Origin: Candidatus Methylomirabilis oxygeniifera
GTDB taxonomy: Bacteria; Methylomirabilota; Methylomirabilia; Methylomirabilales; Methylomirabilaceae
NCBI GenBank assembly: GCA_000091165.1
Contig: FP565575.1
Span: 2,520,001 to 2,552,000 of the forward strand
Length of the DNA stretch: 32,000 bases
Reading direction: 5' to 3'
Shown: in pieces, positions 1 through 8,313 of the stretch
Layout: each line of letters begins with the position of its first letter
Position numbering within the stretch: position 1 is the stretch's first letter
Program-made: the position numbers and the translations under genes
The notes under the pieces: generated by a model
Seen by the model: only the letters and a program-made list of their open reading frames with translations
Databases searched by the model: none
What the model was told of the DNA's origin: nothing

Positions 1-982
1 AGGAGCGCGCCATAATACCGTAGACGGCCCCACGCGAGACCTTAATCACCACGCTCGGGTCCAGCAGATTGGGCGATCGTGCGAGCAGCGCCAGCGTCTT
101 GAGACCGATAAACAGTGGTAAGACGCAGGCCAGGCGCATCCGGACTTCACGCCGTGGAATCGCCAGGGTATAGGCCCAGCCCTCCTGGTAATGCTCGAGG
201 GCAAGCGCCAGCAGGGAGTACAGCAACGGCTTGACCTTCGCGATGGCTGACGGGTTGAGCAGGTCGGCAGGTTGCAGACCCAGGGCGTTCAACTCCTGCC
301 TGGGGAGGTAACAACGGCCGATGCGCAGGTCCTTCGAAAGGTCGCGCAGGACGTTGGTCATCTGAAGCCCCTTCCCGAACCGAACCCCGCGTCGCCTCAT
401 CACCTCGCGATCCCATCCGGCGAGAGAGGGGCGATGTGCCAGGTGGATATCAGTCCAAAACTCCCCCACGCACCCGGCCACATAGTAGGTGTACCGATCA
501 AGATCGGCTCGCGTCTCCAGAGAAACGAGGCGCTCCCCATCCTCTCCGGGAAAGGCGGCGAGATCCATGACCATCCCGTCCGTCAGGGTCAGAACCACAT
601 CGCGGACCATTGTCTGATCGGACGGTGTGAGGGAAAGGAGGATGGCTAACCCCTCCTCAAGGCGGGTGAGCAGCTCTCGCTCGGCCGCATCCCGCTGCCG
701 TTCCACCAGCACGTTTGTGATTGCCGAGAGTCGTTCGGGCCGTCCTTCCCGGATCACATCGCGAAAGAGTTCAAGGTGCTTCAGGCGGTCGGCGCGGCCG
801 ATGAGCGCGGTATCGGCAATCGTGTCTGCCGCTCGTGCGAGCAGATACGCAAGGCCGATCGGCCGCCGAAGATCGGCGGGAACTGCTCGAAGGGTCAGAT
901 AGAATGAGCGGCTGACGCGTTTGAGGAGCGGGCCGAGCAGGTCTTGATTGTGCATCACGGCGGGCGGTTCGGCCAGGCTCAC
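1..982 (-). CDS. Squalene/phytoene synthase family protein (squalene synthase HpnC/HpnD-like), truncated at window start
   Basis: Manual minus-strand translation not in the ORF track: (V)SLAEPPAVMHNQDLLGPLLKRVSRSFYLTLRAVPADLRRPIGLAYLLARAADTIADT...; typical SRSFYLTLR and YLLARAADTIADT motifs, then later ...RFGKGLQMTNVLRDLSKDLRIGRCYLPRQEL. Start could be GTG 982/985 or ATG 955. Confidence 0.85.
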   Translation of the reverse strand, partial: MSLAEPPAVMHNQDLLGPLLKRVSRSFYLTLRAVPADLRRPIGLAYLLARAADTIADTALIGRADRLKHLELFRDVIREGRPERLSAITNVLVERQRDAAERELLTRLEEGLAILLSLTPSDQTMVRDVVLTLTDGMVMDLAAFPGEDGERLVSLETRADLDRYTYYVAGCVGEFWTDIHLAHRPSLAGWDREVMRRRGVRFGKGLQMTNVLRDLSKDLRIGRCYLPRQELNALGLQPADLLNPSAIAKVKPLLYSLLALALEHYQEGWAYTLAIPRREVRMRLACVLPLFIGLKTLALLARSPNLLDPSVVIKVSRGAVYGIMARS

Positions 983-994
983 CACGGGCGGGGG

Positions 995-1303
995 TTAATC
1001 CAGGTCGATGTCGCGGGTGGGCTTGGTCGCAGGTTCATCCTTCGCCTTCTTGAGCAACTCTTTGAACTTCCGCTCCAGGAGCTTCCCTTTTTCCTTCTCC
1101 GCTTCCATCGATTCCTTAAAGCGCGCCTCCCGCCGACCCGCCTCGCCCTTCAGTTCTTCAACCGCGGCCTTCAGGTCAGTGGGGAGCGTCTCCTTGGTCG
1201 GCATCTCATGGTGCAGGACGGCGCCAAGCTCACGGTCTACGGTGAGCCTCGCCTGGCAGCATGGGCAGATCACCTCGATGGCACACTTCGCCTCGTCGCT
1301 CAT
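995..1303 (-). CDS. Hypothetical protein with N-terminal CPCC zinc-binding-like motif and charged coiled-coil tail
   Basis: ORF MSDEAKCAIEVICPCCQARLTVDRELG... 102 aa, closely packed upstream of the squalene synthase gene. Confidence 0.6.
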   Translation of the reverse strand: MSDEAKCAIEVICPCCQARLTVDRELGAVLHHEMPTKETLPTDLKAAVEELKGEAGRREARFKESMEAEKEKGKLLERKFKELLKKAKDEPATKPTRDIDLD

Positions 1304-1412
1304 ACTTCACTCCCGAGGGGGCGTAACCACATGAAACACTAGCACACTGCACATACCTTTGCAAAATCGGTCAGCAGGTGTGGCGGGGGGGTGGCTTCAG
1401 GCTCAAAGAGGG

Positions 1413-1754
1413 CTACTCGGCCTTGCGGCTGCGGTACAAGCGAACGTGGACCTTCTCGATGGTGGCCAGACCCTCGGTGATGTCGTCGTCGATCAGGTCA
1501 AGAAATGCCTCGAGCTTCTCGCGGCTGTCGACAATCTCCACGACGACCGGCAGATCGAGCGAGAGCCGTTCGATCTTGAACGTATGGAGTCGGCTATGGG
1601 CGCCGTATCCCATCAGCCCCCGAAGTACCGTCGCCCCGGCCAGCCCTTGTTCACGCGCCTTCAGGATGACCCACTCGTACAGCGGCTTCCCGGAATGGCG
1701 GTCGCTTTCGCCGACGAAGATCCGGAGCAGGTGGCCTTCCTGTGGGAGTGTCAT
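1413..1754 (-). CDS. DUF190 domain-containing protein
   Basis: MTLPQEGHLLRIFVGESDRHSGKPLYEWVILKAREQGLAGATVLRGLMGYG...; start moved to the internal Met at 1754, 4 nt after the crcB stop. Confidence 0.85.
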   Translation of the reverse strand: MTLPQEGHLLRIFVGESDRHSGKPLYEWVILKAREQGLAGATVLRGLMGYGAHSRLHTFKIERLSLDLPVVVEIVDSREKLEAFLDLIDDDITEGLATIEKVHVRLYRSRKAE

Positions 1755-1758
1755 TGCT

Positions 1759-2139
1759 TCACCTCCAGATGGCGTGCGCCGTCGCCCTGCCGACCCAGAC
1801 CGCCCCAATCGCCAACACCGCGTGGGTCAGCAGATTCATGGCGGCGAACGTCCACTCGCCGTCGCGAAGCAGGTTGACGGTTTCGTTGCCGAAGGTCGAA
1901 AAGGTCGTAAACCCGCCCAGCACACCGATCACAATCAAGGCGCGCGTTTCCGGTGACAGGAAGGCGCGCGCTTCTGCCAGCTCGGACAGGCCTCCGATCA
2001 CGAAGCAGCCGATCACGTTGACCGCCAGTGTGCCAAAGGGAAAGAGTTCGCCCGTCCGATCCTGAACGTACCCACTGACCAGGTAGCGGGCGACCGAGCC
2101 CAGGAACCCTCCAATGCCTATGAGCAGGACTTTCCCCAC
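1759..2139 (-). CDS. crcB: Fluoride exporter CrcB/Fluc
   Basis: MGKVLLIGIGGFLGSVARYLVSGYVQ...GTLAVNVIGCFVIG...GVLGGFTTFSTFGNETVNLL; classic CrcB motifs. Confidence 0.93.
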   Translation of the reverse strand: MGKVLLIGIGGFLGSVARYLVSGYVQDRTGELFPFGTLAVNVIGCFVIGGLSELAEARAFLSPETRALIVIGVLGGFTTFSTFGNETVNLLRDGEWTFAAMNLLTHAVLAIGAVWVGRATAHAIWR

Positions 2140-2242
2140 AATGCCTCATTTGAAGTGGTTCGACTTTTGAGTGCGCGGGCCAGCCCGACTTGTCCTACTT
2201 TCGGCAGCATCCGCGGCGACCGGCTTACCTTATACCTGATCG

Positions 2243-2776
2243 TTACGAACGACCAGCGGAGGCGTCGTAGATGGCGGCCCAACCAGCAGGGTCCTGGAAG
2301 AGGCGAATGCACTTGATCCGCCTATCCTCGGCCAGGGTGAACCAGTGACGGGTACCCGCAGGCACTGTAATCAGATCGCCTGGACCTACCATCATATCAA
2401 AGTACTGGCCGCTCCGTCCGCGGATCGTGAAGATACCGTGGCCGTCAACCACGAATCGTACCTCGTCCTCGCTATGATGGTGTTCCCGGTTGAACTTGTC
2501 GAGCAACGTCTCCAGGTCGGGGGTCTTGTCCCAGAGAACGACGATGTCGGCTGACACATACCCCCCCTCAGCCTTGAGCTTCTGCAGGTCGCCTTCAAAC
2601 GTCGCCAGAATCTCTGCCTTTTCAGCCTCGGTCAGGGCATAGTTGCCCCGTAACTCTTCTCGCAACTTCGACACATCCCAGTTGCGGTAGACGAGGCCCT
2701 CCTTCTCGAGAAACCCCGCCATCTCTGCCGGTACCTCGATGCGCCGGTTATCAGGGTGCAACTTGATTGTCGCCAT
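2243..2776 (-). CDS. mtnD: Acireductone dioxygenase
   Basis: ARD cupin: HHHSEDEVRFVVDG-like motif (EHHHSEDEVRFVVDGHGIFTIRG) and GDLITVPAGTRHWF; located in a methionine-salvage cluster. Confidence 0.9.
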   Translation of the reverse strand: MATIKLHPDNRRIEVPAEMAGFLEKEGLVYRNWDVSKLREELRGNYALTEAEKAEILATFEGDLQKLKAEGGYVSADIVVLWDKTPDLETLLDKFNREHHHSEDEVRFVVDGHGIFTIRGRSGQYFDMMVGPGDLITVPAGTRHWFTLAEDRRIKCIRLFQDPAGWAAIYDASAGRS

Positions 2777-2778
2777 AT

Positions 2779-3495
2779 TCAGCCTCCCACAATACTTCCT
2801 TGTCCTGTCTCAGTCGGCTCGTAAGGACGACCCTCCCGATCATTTTTCCCTGCAGGTCCACGATCTGCTCCTATCGAACGCCACCGGACCAGGTACTCAA
2901 ACATGAACTCGAAGGCCTCGACATGCCGCTTGGCTTCGAAGGGATTCGCACCCCAGGCATACAGTCCATGGCGCCGGATGAGCGCCCCTGGCGCCCGCGG
3001 ATCGGTGATCCGTTCCATCACGGCCTCTGCCAGGGCAGATAGCTTAAAGAGATTCTCCACAACAGGAATTCGGATCTCTGCTGCCTCGCCCCAGATGTCG
3101 AGCCCCTTGAGCATCTCCAGATCAGAAAGCCTAATCTCGCCCTGCGGCGCGCACAGTTCTGCGATCAGGTTGTTCCATATGGTATGCACGTGCAGAACGC
3201 AGCCGCACCCCGTGGCCTCATAGATGCGGGCATGAACGACCGTTTCGGCCGAAGGGCATAAAGCCCCGGGCTCCACAGGCCTCAATGAGTCGTCCACGAG
3301 GAGGAAGTCGGCTGCCGTCATCGCCTCTTTATCTCGACCGCTGGCGGAAACGACCAGCAAGAGCGGCTCGCCAGGGGCGCTGACCCGAGCAGAGAGATTG
3401 CCGCTGGTTGCGGGAAACCATCCCCGACGCGCGAAGCCAGCCGTAATCTCAGCCAGGGCCGTCATGGCCTGCTTGGTGGCTTGGTGCGTCATCAT
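2779..3495 (-). CDS. mtnB: Methylthioribulose-1-phosphate dehydratase
   Basis: Class II aldolase/adducin fold: RRGWFPATSGNLSARV..., HVHTIWNNLIAE, IRRHGLYAWG. Confidence 0.9.
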   Translation of the reverse strand: MMTHQATKQAMTALAEITAGFARRGWFPATSGNLSARVSAPGEPLLLVVSASGRDKEAMTAADFLLVDDSLRPVEPGALCPSAETVVHARIYEATGCGCVLHVHTIWNNLIAELCAPQGEIRLSDLEMLKGLDIWGEAAEIRIPVVENLFKLSALAEAVMERITDPRAPGALIRRHGLYAWGANPFEAKRHVEAFEFMFEYLVRWRSIGADRGPAGKNDREGRPYEPTETGQGSIVGG

Positions 3496-4163
3496 TATCG
3501 GTACGCTTCTGCCCCTGTCCGATCAAGGACCGCCATAACATCGTAGAAGGTCTCAAACGGTTCATAGGGAATTCCCGCCTCCCGGCACTTGATGACCAAC
3601 AGATCGCGGGCGATGACCAGATCGGCCAGCCTGGCCGCTGGCAGGTCCGTGACGCCGTCCCCCACCACCACCCTACGATACCGCTCTGATGGAAAGCGCC
3701 GCATGATGCTGGGCTTGCACATCCCGCAGTCGGCCCGACACTGCTCATCGCACGCATGGGGCCAGAGGATGCGTACTGTGGGACCGCTGGAGTCACTCCC
3801 GTTACAGTAGATCTGATCCCGCGGCAGGATTCCCTCCAGGATGGGGTAGATGAAGAAGTCAACGCCTCCGCTGGTCAGCAAGAATTGGTAGTCATGGACC
3901 CGACAGTACTCCAAAAACTCATGAAACCCTGACCGTAGCGTGGCAATCCGCAGAGCGTACGCCACCATCTCCGGGACGCGAGACGAAGGAATCTGGGCAA
4001 AGAGGCGACCGACCCCATCCCGCACGCTTACCGTCCCGGCGATGATCGCGTCACGCACCGACTCCCATCCCGTCGGACCAAACGCCCGAAAGAGGGATAC
4101 GATCACCTCCTGCTCGGCAGCGGTCCCGTCGAAATCGCAGAAGATGACCGTCTGCCGACTCAT
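3495..4163 (-). CDS. mtnX: 2-hydroxy-3-keto-5-methylthiopentenyl-1-phosphate phosphatase (HAD family)
   Basis: MSRQTVIFCDFDGTAAEQE... HAD motif; VVVGDGVTDLPAARLAD; embedded between mtnB and mtnW. Start adjusted from 4208 to 4163, overlapping the mtnW stop. Confidence 0.85.
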   Translation of the reverse strand: MSRQTVIFCDFDGTAAEQEVIVSLFRAFGPTGWESVRDAIIAGTVSVRDGVGRLFAQIPSSRVPEMVAYALRIATLRSGFHEFLEYCRVHDYQFLLTSGGVDFFIYPILEGILPRDQIYCNGSDSSGPTVRILWPHACDEQCRADCGMCKPSIMRRFPSERYRRVVVGDGVTDLPAARLADLVIARDLLVIKCREAGIPYEPFETFYDVMAVLDRTGAEAYR

Positions 4164-5422
4164 GCTACCGGAAACCCTTTGGGGATTCTGGCCTTTCCGC
4201 CACCCCACTGGTCAAGGGCCGCCCGCAGATCGCGGCTTCCTGCGGCGGCCTGTTCCAGAGGAACGCCGCCCACGCCGGCGGCGATCGCCGCACGGAAAGC
4301 TCGCCCACCCGCAGCCGCCCCGCCCGGATGACCGTGGATACCGCCTCCCGCATTAATCACGACATCAAGGCCGAAGTCGTCCATCATGTGCGGGACCAGG
4401 CCAGGATGGATCCCCGCTGACGGGACCGGGAAGGTTGGGCGGTGGGGCAGGTAGCTCTTGTCTGTGAGTCGCGAGGCTAAGCCCAAGGCCTCGGAGCGGT
4501 CCAAGGCCATCCCGCCATAAGGGGAGGGGAACAGAACCAGGTCGGCCCCGGCCAGGCGCATCAGCGTCCCCAGCAAAAGCGGCGCAGCGATGCCGTAGTC
4601 GTCGGAAGGGTAGAGCGCTCCAGCCAGCGCCGGGTGGGCTATGAGCGGTACGGTAATTTCCGGATCCTCGGCCAGCCGCTGCAGGAGGTCAAATCCGTAG
4701 GGTAGGACATTGATAAGCAGCGCATTCGCGCCAAGCCGCGCTGCTCGTCGGGCCTTTTCAGGAAGCCGATGCACCGGACCAGTCAGGTTGATCGCATACA
4801 GCACCGTCTGGCCCGTTTCTCGCCGCGCCCGCTCAGTCGCTTGCAGGCATGCCTCCAAACGCTGTTCGAAGGGGGCGTCGGTGTCGTTAAAGAAGATCTC
4901 ATCGTCCTTGATCAGGTCGACGCCGCCCAACGCCTGCTGAAAAAAGCCTTCGGCCAGCTCAGCCAGCGTAAGACCCACACACGACTTGAAGATACTCATG
5001 AGCAGCGGCCGGTTGTGAACCCCCAGCCGCTCGCGGATTCCCTCCACCCCCAGCTTCGGCCCGGGAAAGGCGGCGGCGAACGTCGGCGGCAGGGTCAGGT
5101 CCAGCAGGCGGATTTTCCCGTCCATTGAGAGCTTGCCGAATGTGGCAGTTAACAGTGACGGCAGGTCAGGTGTGAGGTTCGCAAGCGGGTAGGCGATCCG
5201 AATCAGGCCCGCGTCCACCGACACCACGCGGCCGGCGTGTCGCTGAAGAGCCGCCTGCCTCTCGACAGACAGGCCGGGCCAACTCCCGACCGTCATGCCC
5301 AGCGCGATCGTCTCCGCCTTCTTCGTCCAATCGCCTCCGCCCGCAAGGCGATAGGTCGCAATCACATAATGTTTCCAGGTGTCGTCCACGTCTGCGTATC
5401 CTCCTGGGGTACTTGAGTCCAA
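4160..5422 (-). CDS. mtnW: RuBisCO-like protein, 2,3-diketo-5-methylthiopentyl-1-phosphate enolase
   Basis: Form IV RuBisCO-like protein: KSCVGLTLAELAEGFFQQALGGVDLIKDDEIFFND, FPSPYGGM, NAGGGIHGHPGGAAAGGRAFR; neighbours are mtnX/mtnB/mtnD. Confidence 0.88.
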   Translation of the reverse strand: MDSSTPGGYADVDDTWKHYVIATYRLAGGGDWTKKAETIALGMTVGSWPGLSVERQAALQRHAGRVVSVDAGLIRIAYPLANLTPDLPSLLTATFGKLSMDGKIRLLDLTLPPTFAAAFPGPKLGVEGIRERLGVHNRPLLMSIFKSCVGLTLAELAEGFFQQALGGVDLIKDDEIFFNDTDAPFEQRLEACLQATERARRETGQTVLYAINLTGPVHRLPEKARRAARLGANALLINVLPYGFDLLQRLAEDPEITVPLIAHPALAGALYPSDDYGIAAPLLLGTLMRLAGADLVLFPSPYGGMALDRSEALGLASRLTDKSYLPHRPTFPVPSAGIHPGLVPHMMDDFGLDVVINAGGGIHGHPGGAAAGGRAFRAAIAAGVGGVPLEQAAAGSRDLRAALDQWGGGKARIPKGFPVA

Positions 5423-5681
5423 TACACAGAGACTTCACTGCACGCGAGGGAGAATAGCACACGAACCTTCCGGGTTCAATTCACCAGCATGCCTGGTATT
5501 GTCCTAATTTGACGATAGCTCCGCAGGTTCTTCAAGCTGCGATCTCTAGAAGGGGCGATTTCGGGGCTTGGGACGCAGGTTGCTCGGATTGCGCGGGCGC
5601 CGGGTTTAGACGGTTCGGTAAAGAGCTTTCTGGGCGTGGGGATCGGCCGTCATGTAGCCCAACGCCGAGTCAGCGGTAGCG

Positions 5682-5714
5682 GTAGGTCGGGTTAGCGCAG
5701 CGTAACCCGACAAC
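5682..5714 (+). repeat. 33-bp REP-like palindrome, copy A
   Basis: GTAGGTCGGGTTAGCGCAGCGTAACCCGACAAC; arms GTCGGGTTA / TAACCCGAC. Copy B at 29652-29684 in opposite orientation with one mismatch. Confidence 0.8.
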
Positions 5715-5822
5715 TCGGCCACGACGAGGGGGCAGAGCTGAGCGCTATTCTGCGCAGAACGTTCTTTCTGCGTCCGCTGAATGTCTTCAACTTATGCCCG
5801 CTGAACATTCTCAGCGCTCGAG

Positions 5823-6101
5823 CTAACCAGTTGCCCGCTTGCGGGGAGTGCGTGTGAAACGAGGCGTTAGAGGCTTTGCGTAAGAGTCGACATAGGCATC
5901 AACAAGTCGGCGAATCATGCGCTGGTACTGCGTGTGGTGTTTGGCTGCCTCGGATTTGAAGAAGTCAACACTTTTCTTGCTGAGAGCAATCGTAACCTTC
6001 ACTCCTTGTTCTCGGAACGCGAGATCCGAAGGGGGGGGCAGGAAGTCTCGGATGACTTTGGCCTCGAACGGTTCATCGGTGTATTTGATTTTCGTGCTCA
6101 T
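5823..6101 (-). CDS. brnA: BrnA-family antitoxin
   Basis: MSTKIKYTDEPFEAKVIRDFLPPPSDLAFREQGVKVTIALSKKSVDFFKSEAAKHHTQYQRMIRRLVDAYV...; overlaps the 3' end of the BrnT-like gene. Start adjusted from 6134 to 6101. Confidence 0.85.
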   Translation of the reverse strand: MSTKIKYTDEPFEAKVIRDFLPPPSDLAFREQGVKVTIALSKKSVDFFKSEAAKHHTQYQRMIRRLVDAYVDSYAKPLTPRFTRTPRKRATG

Positions 6102-6363
6102 AAATAGCCTTGCCTTTCCGCCAGTAACCGGCACCGAAGATACGAATCACACCTCCGCGATAGGTAACGCGGACAGTCAGAATGCCACCCTCGACCTTAC
6201 CGAAACAGAAATAGCGCTTCTCGTTCTTACTGTGAGCAAGGTCTTCCGCGATCACACGATGAGGGTCGGCGAAAGCGTATTGAGCCAGGGAGAACGGTAC
6301 CCCATGCTCAAGCTGGTTTTCAGCATCTTTGTTGGGATCCCATTCAAACTGTACCTTTTTCAC
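6073..6363 (-). CDS. brnT: BrnT-family toxin
   Basis: VQFEWDPNKDAENQLEHGVPFSLAQYAFADP...KNEKRYFCFGKVEGGILTVRVTYRGGVIRIFGAGYWRKGKAIYE; BrnT signature WD..K...N..KHG and RIISAR-like region. Confidence 0.85.
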   Translation of the reverse strand: MKKVQFEWDPNKDAENQLEHGVPFSLAQYAFADPHRVIAEDLAHSKNEKRYFCFGKVEGGILTVRVTYRGGVIRIFGAGYWRKGKAIYEHENQIHR

Positions 6364-6394
6364 TGGGTAAGCTTAACACGGGATTCGGGATTAC

Positions 6395-6412
6395 GCCATA
6401 TGAATATATGGC
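6395..6412. promoter_or_regulatory. 18-bp palindrome upstream of brnT, candidate TA operator
   Basis: GCCATAT-GAAT-ATATGGC, 31 bp upstream of the brnT start codon. Confidence 0.4.
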
Positions 6413-6538
6413 GCATGATATGGTTGACTTTACTGAGGGTTCATTCCAGGCGGAATGGCGAGCTAGAACAGCGGACGCTGCCCCGCAGCCTGATGTGGAT
6501 GCCGCGTCGGACGACAGACGAGAAAGGGCTGGCTCACC

Positions 6539-7507
6539 CTACTGATAAAAGTTTCTGGGCCAGGCGTGAGCCCGCAGGGCGGCCAGTGTCTGGGGTCCAA
6601 GTGGCCGGCCGTCGGAGGCCGAGCAGTTGGTCTCCACATGCTCCGGGCGGCGCATCCCTGGGATCGCCGTCGAGACCGCCGGGTGGCTCAAACAGAACTT
6701 GAGGGCGAGCTGCGCCACTGTCTTGACCTCGCCTCCCAGCAGCGGGCGGAGCCGGTCGACCCGCTCGCACGTCTCGCGCAGCCGATCCCCGTGAAAGTAG
6801 AACGCCTGCACGGACTTCGGGGGAAAGGTTGTGCTCGGCGCGAGACCTCCGGTCAGGCCCCCTTCATCGAAAGGGACCCTGGCGATGACGCCGACGTCGT
6901 GCGCCCGGCAGAGGGGAAACAGCGCCTCTTCCGGGGATTGGTCGAAGATGTTGTAGATCACCTGGACGGTATCGACCAGGCCGGACTTGACCAGCTCCAG
7001 CGCGCTGCCCGGCTGATGGTCGATGATCGACACCCCAAAGAATCGGATCTTGCCCTGCTGCTTCAGCCGAAGCACGGCCTCCAGCCACTCCGGCTCAGCG
7101 AGCCACTCGTCACGCCAGATGTGAAGCTGCTGAAGGTCCAGATGCTCCGCGTCAAGGTTTCGCAGGCTCTGTTCCGTGCAGGTGATAATCCAGTCGGCGG
7201 GGAAGGCCTGCCGCGCTGTCGTTCCCTCCTTGGGGGGCCATTCGCGGCCCTTCGGTGGAATCTTGGTGGCAACAAAGACGCGATGTTTGGCTTCCTGAAA
7301 GGCCCTGGCGATCAGCCGCTCGCTGTGCCCATCGCCGTAGGCGTGCGCGGTATCAATGAAGGTGACGCCCAGATCCAGCGCTCGTATCAGCGCGCTGATC
7401 GAAAGCGTATCGTCGGTTTCGCCCCACCACCCTTTACCGATCCCCCAGGCCCCAAAACCGATCCCCGACACCTGAATGCCAGTGCGCCCAAGCCTACGAT
7501 GCTCCAT
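6539..7507 (-). CDS. Aldo/keto reductase family protein
   Basis: MEHRRLGRTGIQVSGIGFGAWGIG...VTFIDTAHAYGDGHSE...VFVATKIPP...AIPGMRRPEHVETNCSA. Confidence 0.9.
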   Translation of the reverse strand: MEHRRLGRTGIQVSGIGFGAWGIGKGWWGETDDTLSISALIRALDLGVTFIDTAHAYGDGHSERLIARAFQEAKHRVFVATKIPPKGREWPPKEGTTARQAFPADWIITCTEQSLRNLDAEHLDLQQLHIWRDEWLAEPEWLEAVLRLKQQGKIRFFGVSIIDHQPGSALELVKSGLVDTVQVIYNIFDQSPEEALFPLCRAHDVGVIARVPFDEGGLTGGLAPSTTFPPKSVQAFYFHGDRLRETCERVDRLRPLLGGEVKTVAQLALKFCLSHPAVSTAIPGMRRPEHVETNCSASDGRPLGPQTLAALRAHAWPRNFYQ

Positions 7508-7508
7508 G

Positions 7509-8027
7509 TCATACCGCCTCTGCGCTGCCGGCTAAGGTCGCATACGACTCTCCAACAAGCGATTGCGGATCGATCCCCAGCGCCCGCTGCACGCCTTGCA
7601 CCTCATCGGCGACTATCGGCAGCTCTCCCGGTTCATCAATCGTCCCGTGAAGCTCAACAAAGCTGCCCAGCCCCTGCGTCTTATCAAGGTGGATCCGGAT
7701 ATTGTCGAGCACAAAGGTCTCGCGTCGCTTCGCAACCACGATGTTGATACCGAGCGCCTTGGCCAGCATCGCCTTGAGGCCCTCCGCATCCTCGACGCGA
7801 TAGAGCTCGTAGTGACTTTCCTGTGCCCCGGCAACATCATCTCGGATATAGTAAATCAGCTCAGCGCCGGACTCCAGCGACTCTCGGAGCTTCAGGCGGC
7901 CATGGCTCACGTTGAAATAGGTATCGACCTGCCGCTCCGGCTCCTGACCCTCCGCTCCAAGCGATTCACAACGCTCTCGAAGCTTTCCAAGATCCTCACA
8001 GCGTGCTTTCAGTTCAAGATTTAGCAT
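7509..8027 (-). CDS. CYTH-domain protein (class IV adenylate cyclase / thiamine-triphosphatase-like)
   Basis: MLNLELKARCEDL...QVDTYFNVSHGRLKLRES...YELYRVED...VVAKRRETFVLDNIRIHLDKTQGLGSFVELHG; ExExK-like start and CYTH pattern. Confidence 0.85.
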   Translation of the reverse strand: MLNLELKARCEDLGKLRERCESLGAEGQEPERQVDTYFNVSHGRLKLRESLESGAELIYYIRDDVAGAQESHYELYRVEDAEGLKAMLAKALGINIVVAKRRETFVLDNIRIHLDKTQGLGSFVELHGTIDEPGELPIVADEVQGVQRALGIDPQSLVGESYATLAGSAEAV

Positions 8028-8030
8028 TGG

Positions 8031-8243
8031 TCAGTTCCTCATCGCGCGGACCTGCCCTTCGAATCGGGCATCCGGTTCCACCCGGAACTCCTCCCCGCAC
8101 TTGCCGCACTTTCCCAACCAGGAACGATCCGGCTGCCTGGTCAGGGTAACGGCGCCGCAGACCAGCTTTCCGGCAATTCGGTGAAGCGTGATGGCAACAA
8201 ACTGCTGTTCCACTGTTTGCCTCCGAGCATCAAGCCACTCCAA
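8031..8243 (-). CDS. Small hypothetical protein with CxxC motif
   Basis: 70 aa ORF with GKCGKCGEEF, closely spaced upstream of the CYTH gene. Confidence 0.45.
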   Translation of the reverse strand: MEWLDARRQTVEQQFVAITLHRIAGKLVCGAVTLTRQPDRSWLGKCGKCGEEFRVEPDARFEGQVRAMRN

Positions 8244-8313
8244 TTTCTTATCTCAATCTATCGTATCTGTCGGAAGAAAAAGGCCGTTTGCTGATCGAGA
8301 GGGCGGGCTTCCC

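Noticed and set aside
5423-5640. Possible SAM or other riboswitch upstream of the mtnW-led operon
   Set aside because: No recognisable SAM-I/II/IV conserved core by eye; covariance model search would be needed.
5644-5872. Possible integron attC/cassette around brnTA (GTTGGGC core on the minus strand near 5657-5663; CTAAC...GTTAG pair at 5824-5872)
   Set aside because: R'/R'' consensus is incomplete, the internal L arms are not symmetric, and the second pair lies inside the brnA coding sequence. No integrase or cassette array is visible.
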